Part shown: positions 28,218 to 36,062 of the stretch, piece by piece | Layout: the number at the start of each line of letters is the position of its first letter | Position numbering within the stretch: the stretch's first letter is position 1 | Virus record (IMG/VR): IMGVR_UViG_3300027787_000004 | Coordinates: 1 to 46,561 of that record | Length of the DNA: 46,561 nucleotides | Source: a virus | Lineage: Duplodnaviria; Caudoviricetes | Strand: one strand, 5' to 3' | The notes under the pieces: model-generated | Told to the model about the DNA's origin: nothing | The model's database searches: none | The model's input: the letters and a program-made list of their open reading frames with translations, nothing else | Position numbers and translations under genes: made by a program

Positions 28218-28999
28218 TGGCCAAGACGGAACTGGAAGTGGCGAATGGCGCAGCGGCGCAGCTCGTGGAAAAGGTCGTCGTGGGCGGCGACCTAGCCAAG
28301 CTGAGCCCCGGCGAGCGGCTGCAATACTACTCGCGGATCTGCTCGAGCCTCGGGCTCAATCCGCTGACGCGCCCGTTTCAGTACATCTTCCTGAACGGCA
28401 AGCTCACGCTCTACGCGGGGGCGGGCTGCACCGATCAGCTGCGCGGGCTCAATCACGTCAGCATCGACAAGATCGAGCGCGTGACGGACGAGGGCGTCTA
28501 CCAGGTCATCGCCTACGCGAGCAAGCCGGACGGCCGGCAGGACGCGGCGATCGGCGCGGTGGCGATCCAGGGCCTGAGCGGGGAGGCCAAGGCCAACGCG
28601 ATGATGAAGGCCGAGACCAAGGCCAAGCGCCGGGTGACGCTCTCCATCTGCGGGCTCGGCATGATGGACGAGAGCGAGGTTGGCCCCGGCTTCCGCGTGG
28701 ACGACGAGAGCCAGGTGACCGGCATCAGCGAGGCCGTGCGGGCGACGGTGGATCTGGACACGGGCGAGCTGAAGGACGGGGAGCCCGAGCCCGTCGAGAC
28801 GACGATGGAGGAGGAGCGCTCGATCCTGCTCGGCAAGGTCAAGGGCGCGGCCGACAAGCTCATGCTCAAGGCCCCGAAGCGGGCCGAGCTCTGGCGGCAG
28901 CACTGCGGTGAGGCCACCCCCGACAACGTCGATCCGGGGGCGCTGGCGGAGCTTCTGAAGGCCATCCAGCACCTGGGCAAGGACGCGGCCGGGCGATGA
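28217..28999 (+). CDS. RecT/Red-beta-like single-strand annealing protein
   Basis: LSPGERLQYYSRICSSLGLNPLTRPFQYI..LYA and NAMMKAETKAKRRVTLSICGLG..DESE. Confidence 0.7.
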   Translation: MAKTELEVANGAAAQLVEKVVVGGDLAKLSPGERLQYYSRICSSLGLNPLTRPFQYIFLNGKLTLYAGAGCTDQLRGLNHVSIDKIERVTDEGVYQVIAYASKPDGRQDAAIGAVAIQGLSGEAKANAMMKAETKAKRRVTLSICGLGMMDESEVGPGFRVDDESQVTGISEAVRATVDLDTGELKDGEPEPVETTMEEERSILLGKVKGAADKLMLKAPKRAELWRQHCGEATPDNVDPGALAELLKAIQHLGKDAAGR

Positions 29000-29199
29000 G
29001 GCCCGGCGTCGATCCCTACCGCGACTACCGCGGCCAGCACCGCGTCCGCAAGGAGCCATCTCCGACGGGCGCGCCGTGGCTGCTCCTGAGTGAGCAGGAG
29101 ATCGCGGAGTGGATGCTGCGGCACCCCGAAGCCACCTCCCCCAGCGAGACCATCGTGCGCTGCCTGGCGTGGCTGTCCCTGGAGTTCGGCTCTGAGTAA
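28996..29199 (+). CDS. Hypothetical protein
   Basis: 67 aa; ATGA overlap. Confidence 0.45.
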   Translation: MRPGVDPYRDYRGQHRVRKEPSPTGAPWLLLSEQEIAEWMLRHPEATSPSETIVRCLAWLSLEFGSE

Positions 29200-29238
29200 G
29201 ACGCCGCCCATGTTTGCCCCTACCAAGGGTAGATGTGG

Positions 29239-29272
29239 GCAGCGGCGTGCCTACTACCCGCTGCGCTTTTTT
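29239..29272 (+). terminator. Intrinsic terminator with alternative upstream pairing
   Basis: GCAGCGG/CCGCTGC stem then GCTTTTTT; overlaps competing hairpin 29201-29248. Confidence 0.55.
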
Positions 29273-29342
29273 CTTGCTCTCGAAATATGACTAGTGCTCT
29301 AGTAGTGGCGTGGTACCCGACGAGCATGGTAGCGTCTCTACA

Positions 29343-29416
29343 CTTGGCCGGTCTGGGGCTACGGGCCTCCCGTGGCTGTGTCCTCTTCGTCGGGTGCCAC
29401 AACCAGACCGGCCAGG
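29343..29416 (+). ncRNA. C4/P4-CI-like cloverleaf antisense RNA
   Basis: 14-bp closing stem, hairpin GGCTACGGG/CCCGTGGCT, bulged hairpin whose loop and bulge are complementary to 29310-29324. Confidence 0.6.
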
Positions 29417-29450
29417 TTCTCACCTTCCGCCCCCGCGGAGGCCCTAGCGC

Positions 29451-30200
29451 ATGCCGCGTATCCGGACGCTCAAACCGGACCATCGCCAGCACCGCAAAGT
29501 TGGCCCGCTCGATCACGTTACCTACCGGCTCTGGGTGGGCATGATCCTCGAGGCCGACGACGAAGGCCGGCTGGTCTGCGACACCGAGCAGCTCCGCGTC
29601 ACCATCTTCGGCTACCACCCGCGGGTCACGGGAGCACTCATTGAGTCCTCACTGAGCCGTCTGGACAAGGCGGGGCTGGTGCAGCTCTACGCGATGGGGG
29701 GCCTGCGCTATGCCTGGTTCCCGTCCTGGCGCGATCACCAGGTGATCAACCGCCCAACGCCTTCCAGATTGCCACCTTACGAGGACTCACTGAGTGATCC
29801 GGGAGGACTCATTGAGGACTCACTCCTGAAAGGAAGGGAAGGGAATGAAGGGAATGGAGGGGAACGGAATGGAACCGCGCCTGCGGCGCTCGTCGTGAGC
29901 GAGGGCTTCGACACGTTCTGGGCGGCATACCCCAAAAAGCGGTCGAAGGATGAAGCCAAAGCGGCGTGGAAGAAACTGAACCCGGATGCCGCCCTCCAGC
30001 GCGTCATGCTCGCGGCCATCGACCAGCAGCGCCGCAGCGTCGATTGGTCGCGCGACAACGGCCAGTACATTCCCCATCCGGCCACGTGGATCAATAAAAA
30101 GCGCTGGACCGATGAAATCACGGCGGTCGCGCCGCCACTCATGAACCCGCGCAATGAGGCGGTGCTGCGGGATTTTGTCGCCCGGAGAGGCCAAGCATGA
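29451..30200 (+). CDS. Phage replication initiator (O-like/replisome organiser)
   Basis: MPRIRTLKPD..ADDEGR N-terminal domain; FDTFWAAYPKKRSKDEAKAAWKKL..YIPHPATWIN C-terminal domain; internal iterons. Confidence 0.82.
   Translation: MPRIRTLKPDHRQHRKVGPLDHVTYRLWVGMILEADDEGRLVCDTEQLRVTIFGYHPRVTGALIESSLSRLDKAGLVQLYAMGGLRYAWFPSWRDHQVINRPTPSRLPPYEDSLSDPGGLIEDSLLKGREGNEGNGGERNGTAPAALVVSEGFDTFWAAYPKKRSKDEAKAAWKKLNPDAALQRVMLAAIDQQRRSVDWSRDNGQYIPHPATWINKKRWTDEITAVAPPLMNPRNEAVLRDFVARRGQA
29632..29874 (+). repeat. Putative replication origin: 11-bp iterons plus purine tract
   Basis: GAGGACTCAYT at 29781, 29803, 29814; variants at 29632, 29643; GGAAG/GGAAT repeats 29832-29874. Confidence 0.65.
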
Positions 30201-30646
30201 CCACCGCGGAGCGCTTTGCCGTCTGTTTGGCGCGGCTCACCGAGGTCTTCCGCGTGGATCTGACGCCCTCGCTCGCGGAATCGTATTGGGAAGCGCTGGC
30301 GGCCTGGCCGATCGAGGCCTTGGAGGGCGCCGCCAAGGCGCTCATTGCCGGATCGCGGTTCTTTCCGAAGCCCGTGGAATGGGCCGACGCCGCGGCGCAG
30401 TGGCGCCAGGATCGCCAGCTCGAAGCCACGTCCATGCGGGTCCAGCTCGCGGCATCCAACGAGCCGCCGCTCCGGGCGGAAGATGTCCGCGCGCTTGTGG
30501 CCCATCTCGGGGCCAAGCTGCACTGGGGTGAGACCCATCTGTCGCCGGCCGCGTTCGAGCAGCGGAAACGCGAGGCGCTGGACCAGGCGGCACAACTCAT
30601 GAGGCGCGTACGCGATGAAGCGACCGACGGTGCCCAATCCCTTTGA
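30197..30646 (+). CDS. Replication accessory protein (helicase loader/inhibitor-like)
   Basis: Follows initiator with ATGA overlap; YWEALAAWPIEALEGAAKALIAGSRFFPKPVE. Confidence 0.55.
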   Translation: MTTAERFAVCLARLTEVFRVDLTPSLAESYWEALAAWPIEALEGAAKALIAGSRFFPKPVEWADAAAQWRQDRQLEATSMRVQLAASNEPPLRAEDVRALVAHLGAKLHWGETHLSPAAFEQRKREALDQAAQLMRRVRDEATDGAQSL

Positions 30647-30845
30647 CACGATCGAGGAGTACCAGCGGTACCTGCACCATGACCTCGGGCGCATGGACCG
30701 CGAGCAACTGTTCACGGAGCGCTATAAGATCCGGCGCGCGCTGTCGATCTGCGACGAGCAGCGGCAGGCCCGGAAAGCGGACTGGCTGCGGGAGCGGCTG
30801 CGCCACGTGACCCAGACGCTGCGCCTCTTGGGGCGCGCGCCATGA
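30615..30845 (+). CDS. Hypothetical protein
   Basis: 76 aa helical ORF in early operon. Confidence 0.5.
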   Translation: MKRPTVPNPFDTIEEYQRYLHHDLGRMDREQLFTERYKIRRALSICDEQRQARKADWLRERLRHVTQTLRLLGRAP

Positions 30846-30985
30846 AGCGCTGCGAGTGCGGCCGCAAGGCCGTCTGCGTCTACTGCCTGCGCTGCTGCCG
30901 GCGCAAGGCCCACTGCTCGGGCCGCTCGGCGCCCTTCGTGGTGCCGCGCAGCCTGCCGCGGCCGGATGCGGGGCGGGACCGATGA
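30842..30985 (+). CDS. Small Cys-rich protein
   Basis: MKRCECGRKAVCVYCLRCCRRKAHC; ATGA overlaps on both sides. Confidence 0.4.
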   Translation: MKRCECGRKAVCVYCLRCCRRKAHCSGRSAPFVVPRSLPRPDAGRDR

Positions 30986-31473
30986 GCCCCCAGAGGCTCC
31001 CAGGAGACCCCAGGCGGGGCGATCGGCCCACTACCAGGCCAGCAGTCACCCCGGCGGCGATCGCCCCGCCACGGGCCGCTGGCGAGCCCACAGGGGCCAT
31101 CCAGCCCCGGCGCAAGGAGCGCGACCTGACCAACGCCATCCTGGCCCTCCTCCGCGCCCACGGCATCGCGGCCTGGCGCACGGGGGTGGGGGCCTACCGG
31201 GCCTCCTACCAGGGGCGGGAGCGGTTCGTGCGCGTGGGGACGAAGGGGATGAGCGATATTGTCGGCGTGGTGCCCGTCTATCCGCACGCGCAAAAGGTCG
31301 GGGCAATCGGCCGCTTCCTCGCCATCGAGGTCAAGACGCCCACCGGCAAGATCCGCCCCGAGCAGACCGCGTTCCTGCAGACGGTGACGCGGGCAGGGGG
31401 CATCGGGTTCGTGGCGCGCAGCGTGGACGACGTGATCGACAAGCTGGGGCTCCAGGGGAGGCGTGAGGGATGA
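30982..31473 (+). CDS. VRR-NUC domain nuclease / Holliday junction resolvase
   Basis: ERDLTNAI..GMSDIVG..FLAIEVKTPTGKIRPEQTAFL..GGIGFVARSVDDV. Confidence 0.88.
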   Translation: MSPQRLPGDPRRGDRPTTRPAVTPAAIAPPRAAGEPTGAIQPRRKERDLTNAILALLRAHGIAAWRTGVGAYRASYQGRERFVRVGTKGMSDIVGVVPVYPHAQKVGAIGRFLAIEVKTPTGKIRPEQTAFLQTVTRAGGIGFVARSVDDVIDKLGLQGRREG

Positions 31474-32102
31474 GCGAGCGCGACGGGAAGTCACCGCTGA
31501 TGGAAGCCACCGAGGAGCTGATCGTCTTCCGTGCCCGCGTTGCCGCGCTGGAGGAGGCGCTGCGCGAAGTGTGGGAGTCGGTGCCGTCAAGTTATCGGGA
31601 GGATGACCCGATGGTGCAGCGTCATGCGCAGGCGTTGAACGCAATTCCCGCCGCCCTCGCCCGCCCCACCCCGACGCCGCCGCGCCATCTGAGTTTCTGC
31701 GCGTCGCTCCAGCGGAGTGATTGGCCGTGCGATTGCGAGCCCCCGACGCCCGAGGAACATGCCGATAAGGCCGAGGCCCGCGTCGCCGCGCTGGAGGCCG
31801 AGAACGAGCGGCTGCGGGTTCAACTGGAGGGCACAAAGCGAGTGCGTCTCCGTACCGAGGAGCTTGTGCGAGAAGTAGATGTGGAACGTGCCAGCGTCGC
31901 GGCGCTGGAGGCGGCGCTGAAGCTGTTTGCCACACAGCGATTCAGCGATGAGGATTGGTGCTGGGGGCGCATCGGAGAAGTTGGAGCCTGCAAGCCATCC
32001 AGCAGCTCGCAGGGCGGCTGGTATCACGTCGGCAATTGTGCCCAGGCCCGCGCCGCCCTCGCCCGCCCCACCCCGACGCCGCAGGGGGAGGCGCTGAGAT
32101 GA
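31470..32102 (+). CDS. Mosaic coiled-coil (Ead/Ea22-like) protein
   Basis: Repeated ARVAALE and AALARPTPTP modules separated by unique segments. Confidence 0.6.
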   Translation: MSERDGKSPLMEATEELIVFRARVAALEEALREVWESVPSSYREDDPMVQRHAQALNAIPAALARPTPTPPRHLSFCASLQRSDWPCDCEPPTPEEHADKAEARVAALEAENERLRVQLEGTKRVRLRTEELVREVDVERASVAALEAALKLFATQRFSDEDWCWGRIGEVGACKPSSSSQGGWYHVGNCAQARAALARPTPTPQGEALR

Positions 32103-32774
32103 CGCAGAGGGAGGAGCGGCTGGCGAAGCTGCTCGACTCGGGGCGCAAGGGGTACGGCATGCCGGTCCAGGCGACCGATGTGTCGATCCTCCTGCGCTAC
32201 GCGGTGGACATGGAAGCCGAGAACGAGCGGCTGAAAGAAGACATCTCGACTCTGGAGGACTCAAATGATGAGTTGCGGGAAGTAAAACGCCCCGGACGCA
32301 TTCGGGAACTTGCAGCCGAGAATGAGCGGCTGCGGGCTGTCGAAACAAAGTACCACGAAGCCTTGGACGTACTGAGTGCGTGGGACAAGGTGGACAAAGC
32401 CGAAGCAATTGCCCGCGCTCTGCAAGCCGAAGCCCGCGTCGCGGCGCTGGAGGCGGCGCTGAAGACGGCGCTGGACAACGTCCTCGAACACGTCGAAGGG
32501 TGCCTCTACTGCGGGGAAGATGAAGATTACGTGAAGGAGCACGGCGAGACCTCGATGGAGCATCGGGCCGAATGCTGGTATTACATGGCCCGCGCCGCCC
32601 TCGCCCGCCCCACCCCGACGCAGGGGGAATAGGGATGAAGCAGCTTGCGACGTTCATCTGGTGCATCTTCGGGCACCGACGCTGGCACCGGCAGGAGCGT
32701 ACCTACGAGTTTGCTGATGGCGTGGCCTACTACCGCACGCGCTGCCTGCGCTGCGAGCCCCCGACGCCGGGGGA
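31533..32774 (+). repeat. Dispersed linker repeats across adjacent genes
   Basis: Identical 33-mer at 32046-32078 and 32588-32620 (partial at 31650); identical 29-mer at 31894-31922 and 32436-32464; tgcgagcccccgacgcc at 31734 and 32752. Confidence 0.9.
32099..32632 (+). CDS. Mosaic coiled-coil protein with CxxC
   Basis: AENERL x2, AEARVAALEAALK, CLYC..HRAEC, ARAALARPTPTQGE. Confidence 0.6.
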   Translation: MTQREERLAKLLDSGRKGYGMPVQATDVSILLRYAVDMEAENERLKEDISTLEDSNDELREVKRPGRIRELAAENERLRAVETKYHEALDVLSAWDKVDKAEAIARALQAEARVAALEAALKTALDNVLEHVEGCLYCGEDEDYVKEHGETSMEHRAECWYYMARAALARPTPTQGE

Positions 32775-32790
32775 AGGAGCGGGGGAATGA
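32635..32790 (+). CDS. DUF1660-like small protein
   Basis: WCIFGHRRW..RCLRC. Confidence 0.5.
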   Translation: MKQLATFIWCIFGHRRWHRQERTYEFADGVAYYRTRCLRCEPPTPGEGAGE

Positions 32791-33047
32791 GTAAACGCGG
32801 AATGGAAACGGCAGAGCAGCGCAACTTGAGGGCCGGTATGGGTTCGTATCAAGCGCCGACAGGCGATCCACGAGCGCAGCAGGGACATGGCATGCGGAGG
32901 ATCGACATTCTCTATTCGTTGGTGGACCGTGCTCTCGATGGATGCACATACACCGCAGAGGATCGAGATGCGTTTGCGCGGCACATTGATGCCGTTATCA
33001 AGGCATGGGCTGCGGCGTTCAGGCAGCGTGGGACACCGCGTCGATGA
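32787..33047 (+). CDS. Hypothetical protein
   Basis: 86 aa; ATGA overlap. Confidence 0.45.
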   Translation: MSKRGMETAEQRNLRAGMGSYQAPTGDPRAQQGHGMRRIDILYSLVDRALDGCTYTAEDRDAFARHIDAVIKAWAAAFRQRGTPRR

Positions 33048-33385
33048 CCCCGCCCGCCCCGACGCCGGACCCGAGAGTATGCAGGGCGTCTCCTACGAGC
33101 GATCCGCCTGTCGATTGTGACGCTCCGTTCTGCGGATGTGTACCCGCGTGGCAGGACGCGATTGCCATGCTTCAAGAGTGCGGATGGGGTGACATCGCCA
33201 CCGCCCACGCCCGAGGGCGGGAGGAAGAACGCAAGAGCTGGCGCGCGGTGACGGTCCCGATGCTGGAGAGCTTGGAAGCGTGGGACGACAGGGGGCCACA
33301 CGGGGAAGGCTGGCAATCGGCCGAGCTCATGGCGCTGATCAATGCCATCCGCGCCCTCGGCGGGGGCGGGGAGGGGAGGGCATGA
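33044..33385 (+). CDS. Hypothetical protein
   Basis: ATGA overlap; CDAPFCGC; GEGWQSAEL. Confidence 0.5.
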   Translation: MTPPAPTPDPRVCRASPTSDPPVDCDAPFCGCVPAWQDAIAMLQECGWGDIATAHARGREEERKSWRAVTVPMLESLEAWDDRGPHGEGWQSAELMALINAIRALGGGGEGRA

Positions 33386-33600
33386 GTGAGCCCAGAGAGA
33401 ACTTTCTCGGCTGCGTCCACGCGCCGGAGAGCGCGCCGCACACGTGGTGCTGGCCGTGCTTGACGGCCTGCGTCCAGCAGGCCATACGCCCGCTCCAGGA
33501 GCTCGTGGCCGGGGCCCATGCGCTCCGGTGCGCCTGCGCCGGCCCCGGTCCGCTGCGCGATCCGCGCTGCGCGGAGCTCCAGGGTATGGCGGGCGACTAG
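33382..33600 (+). CDS. Small Cys/His-rich protein
   Basis: CVH..HTWCWPCLTAC; last gene of rightward operon, stop overlaps convergent stop (CTAG). Confidence 0.45.
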   Translation: MSEPRENFLGCVHAPESAPHTWCWPCLTACVQQAIRPLQELVAGAHALRCACAGPGPLRDPRCAELQGMAGD

Positions 33601-33776
33601 GGCGGTCTCGGCTTCGCCTGCCGCGCCTTCTCGAGATTCGCCACCGCGGCCGCGCGCTTCTTCGCGGTGCTGACCGCGCCGCCCTTCGCCCCCACGCAGC
33701 ACGGGTAGATCATCACGCCGGGCTTGCCGTGAACGGGGCACCGGGCGGTGGGGAGTGTCTCGCTCTCGTAGCTCAC
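33597..33776 (-). CDS. Small basic protein
   Basis: CPVH..CC..GGAVSTAKKRAAAVANLEKARQAK; GTGA overlap. Confidence 0.5.
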   Translation of the reverse strand: MSYESETLPTARCPVHGKPGVMIYPCCVGAKGGAVSTAKKRAAAVANLEKARQAKPRPP

Positions 33777-34096
33777 AGCTCGCTCTCCTCCGTCTCGGTC
33801 TGCGTGAAGTTGGTGTGGTGGACGTGCTTGAGCTTGTCCTCGGCGAGGATCCAGTTGAAATCCCCGGACCCACCGTCGTCGATCTCGTTGTGGGGATGGG
33901 GATACCGATCTCCGGGGAACCTCGTTGTGGGCATCCCACCCTCGGTGTCGCAGTGCCGACATATCACCCGGTTGCAGCCCTCGCAGTAGTCGTGGATGGC
34001 GCAGGCCAGCCCGGAGCAAATCGAGCAGCGGTCGTGGTAGAGCGCCGTCTGGGCCTTCTCCTCGATGCAGAGCTCGCAGAGGTCAGTGGTCAGCAT
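33773..34096 (-). CDS. Multi-Zn-finger protein
   Basis: CELC, CSIC, CAIH, CEGC, CRHC. Confidence 0.55.
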   Translation of the reverse strand: MLTTDLCELCIEEKAQTALYHDRCSICSGLACAIHDYCEGCNRVICRHCDTEGGMPTTRFPGDRYPHPHNEIDDGGSGDFNWILAEDKLKHVHHTNFTQTETEESEL

Positions 34097-34232
34097 GGGG
34101 TTCCTTCTCCGGGGGGCGACAGACCGGACACAGGCAGGGCGTGTTGAGGCTGGACGGGTAGCCCGAGATCGGAAGGTGCATCGTCCGGATCTCCTCGTCC
34201 GTGAGTCGGAGGCCGATGATCTTGTCGGCCAT
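34083..34232 (-). CDS. Small hypothetical protein
   Basis: MADKIIGLRLTDEEIRTM..CLCPVC; 49 aa. Confidence 0.4.
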   Translation of the reverse strand: MADKIIGLRLTDEEIRTMHLPISGYPSSLNTPCLCPVCRPPEKEPHADH

Positions 34233-34235
34233 GGG

Positions 34236-34634
34236 TTAGTGCCATCCCAGGATGATCAGGCCGTCCGGTGGCATCGCGTTGACGTAGGCGGTGGTGGGGT
34301 GATCGGGGAAGTGCTTGCGTAACACAGGGCCCAAATTTCCGGCCGTGACCATCTTGTAGATGGCACCGTATGGGTCCGTGGTGTACTTGCCGTAGTACAT
34401 TTCGCCCTCGGCCTTGCCGTCGGGAATGATCTGACCGAGGAAGCCGGTGATGTCGTAGCCGGCGAGCGACGTCGCTGGGAGCTTCTGCACCGCTGGCCAG
34501 ACACTCTGCTGGCGGGGCACATCCAGGATCGTGTGGCTATAGCCCCACTTTTTGTCGATGGCGGGACCCGATGACATGCGCACGTTCTCGGTGCTCAGGA
34601 AATCGACCGGGAAGAGTCGAAGATCGACGCCCAT
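34236..34634 (-). CDS. Hypothetical protein
   Basis: MGVDLRLFP..TTDPYG..IILGWH; TGATG coupling. Confidence 0.6.
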   Translation of the reverse strand: MGVDLRLFPVDFLSTENVRMSSGPAIDKKWGYSHTILDVPRQQSVWPAVQKLPATSLAGYDITGFLGQIIPDGKAEGEMYYGKYTTDPYGAIYKMVTAGNLGPVLRKHFPDHPTTAYVNAMPPDGLIILGWH

Positions 34635-34978
34635 CACTCGCCCTCCGGGATGGTGTAGCCGCGGCTCATCCACACTTCCCGCTTGATGTGTCTGAACCAG
34701 TCAGACACGGTCGGAATGAACCCGCCGCAGTCCTCCTTGACGTGCTGCTCACCGATGTACCGGACGGGGACCACGCGACCGTCCGAATTGGTGATGGTGT
34801 GGCCGAACACGCGCTCGGCCTCGAAGATGCCCTGGCTGTGGTGGCGCAGGGCCCGATGGCGGAAGTCCGCGAACGTCTCCTTCGTGGCGTCGAACCAGTC
34901 GTGGATGGCCTGGTAGTCCTCCGGCTTGCCACCGTACCGCCGGGCCGAGCTCTCCGCGTGGATGTAGGGGTGGGTCAT
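34634..34978 (-). CDS. DUF6915-like protein
   Basis: MTHPYIHAESSARRYGGKPEDYQAIHDWFD..HRALRHHSQGIFEAERVFG..EQHVKEDCG. Confidence 0.75.
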   Translation of the reverse strand: MTHPYIHAESSARRYGGKPEDYQAIHDWFDATKETFADFRHRALRHHSQGIFEAERVFGHTITNSDGRVVPVRYIGEQHVKEDCGGFIPTVSDWFRHIKREVWMSRGYTIPEGE

Positions 34979-35184
34979 CCCTTGATCGCCTCCCATTCTT
35001 GAATGGCGCGGTCGAACAGCTCGTCGATCTCCTCAGTGGTCAAGTCCATGGACTCACTGAGGTCTCGGTACTGCTTGGGGGTCAGCCCTACCGAGTTGAT
35101 CTCGGCCAGGAGCCGGGGGAACTGGATCCGGTTGTCGGCCCACAGGCCGTTCGCGGCCAGGGCTTGCCGTCGTGCCCGCCTCAT
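34975..35184 (-). CDS. Hypothetical protein
   Basis: LWADNRIQFPRLLAEI..LSESMDL..LFDRA; ATGA overlaps. Confidence 0.55.
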   Translation of the reverse strand: MRRARRQALAANGLWADNRIQFPRLLAEINSVGLTPKQYRDLSESMDLTTEEIDELFDRAIQEWEAIKG

Positions 35185-35414
35185 GCCACGTCCGGGTCCG
35201 GCGCCGGGCCGGGGCCGAGGATGCGGGAATCGTCCTCGTATGCCTCCACCACCCAGCCGTGGTGCAGGAAGATGAGGTCGCGGGTGACGTCCCACTTGAT
35301 CGTGCCCGACGAGCCTTCGTTGTCGAAGCCGTCGAGTCCGTACTCCTCTAGCAGGGAGTAGAAGAAGTTGTCGAGGTCGTAGTCCGCGTTCTGGCCGTTC
35401 ACCGTGTTCATCAT
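35181..35414 (-). CDS. DUF6878-like protein (short, C-terminal part only)
   Basis: FFYSLLEEYGLDGFDNEGSSGTIKWDV; RBS AGGAGG. Confidence 0.5.
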   Translation of the reverse strand: MMNTVNGQNADYDLDNFFYSLLEEYGLDGFDNEGSSGTIKWDVTRDLIFLHHGWVVEAYEDDSRILGPGPAPDPDVA

Positions 35415-35561
35415 TGGGCCTCCTGGGTTCTGTGTCTCGGTCCTTCTACCCTATGCGTGCTTGGTGAAGAAATCTCGGGTGTGGTACAAGCGGCGGTCGA
35501 TGGCGCCTATACTTACACGGCATGACGCGGTGTCCTTGTGAATCCAAGTATTAGCGCACTC

Positions 35562-35578
35562 ACTACCTGACTAGTAGT
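35562..35578. promoter_or_regulatory. Operator-like palindrome
   Basis: ACTAC-CTGACTA-GTAGT. Confidence 0.6.
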
Positions 35579-35609
35579 AAGCGGGCTTGGGGAGAGATCG
35601 GGCGGGGGA

Positions 35610-35786
35610 CTACTTCACTTCGCGCCGGCTCGCCTGGTGCTGCCGCCACGACCACTCGGCGTAGACCGCGCGCCGCAACGCCTCCGAGCGCAGCTTGTTG
35701 CCCTCGAGCAGCCAGCGCAAGTAGTCGGTGGGCACGTCCACGAGCAGCCAGTCCCGGTACTTCCCGAACGGCAGGATGACGGCCAA
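35610..35786 (-). CDS. DUF3820/QSregVF-like small protein
   Basis: TTG start; ILPFGKYRDWLLVDVPTDYLRWLL motif; 58 aa, not in ORF track. Confidence 0.65.
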   Translation of the reverse strand: MAVILPFGKYRDWLLVDVPTDYLRWLLEGNKLRSEALRRAVYAEWSWRQHQASRREVK

Positions 35787-35864
35787 GCTCGCATCTCTGT
35801 CATGCTGCGTCAGGGCTTGTGCTCCTTTTCACGGACTCGTCAAGCGCCAAATGCCTGGGGAGCA

Positions 35865-35883
35865 CACTACCAGCCAAGTAGTG
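35865..35883. promoter_or_regulatory. Operator-like palindrome between divergent TTGACG boxes
   Basis: CACTAC-CAGCCAA-GTAGTG; CGTCAA at 35838 and TTGACG at 35911. Confidence 0.6.
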
Positions 35884-36025
35884 ACACGCACAAGCGAAAC
35901 GCGAAAATGCTTGACGGGGCTTCCGCGCCTCTGCTCTCCTACGCGCGCGGTTCTTGTAGTTTCCTCTCTGCCGAAGGCTCTCGTGGCCGTACCTGCCCAG
36001 CCCCACCACCCGTAGCGCTTTGTGC

Positions 36026-36055
36026 TTGACCCCGCTACCAGCCCGGTAGTACCGT
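36026..36055 (+). promoter_or_regulatory. Promoter of packaging operon with operator in spacer
   Basis: TTGACC-N18-TACCGT; GCTAC-CAGCCCG-GTAGT at 36034-36050. Confidence 0.6.
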
Positions 36056-36062
36056 CGCGCCG

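Noticed and set aside
29343-29416. Cloverleaf considered as a tRNA
   Set aside because: 14-bp closing stem, only two internal arms, no TTC T-loop or D-loop consensus
29233-29544. 103-aa ORF upstream of and overlapping rep
   Set aside because: Crosses a terminator, an operator and structured RNA; no RBS or protein-like features
31533-32774. Repeats considered as a CRISPR array or DGR template/variable repeats
   Set aside because: In-frame coding, irregular spacing, several repeat types; no cas or reverse transcriptase gene and no adenine-specific mismatch pattern
33368-33380. Two overlapping GGGGAGGG KOPS-like octamers pointing toward the dif-like site
   Set aside because: They coincide with a Shine-Dalgarno region, are expected by chance at this GC content, and another copy (37838) has the wrong polarity
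35415-35560. Possible small ORFs or ncRNA in the leader of the leftward operon
   Set aside because: No ORF with both RBS and start, and no convincing stable structure by eye
35551-35561. TTAGCGCACTC resembling a CIRCE half-site
   Set aside because: Two-base insertion and no matching second arm
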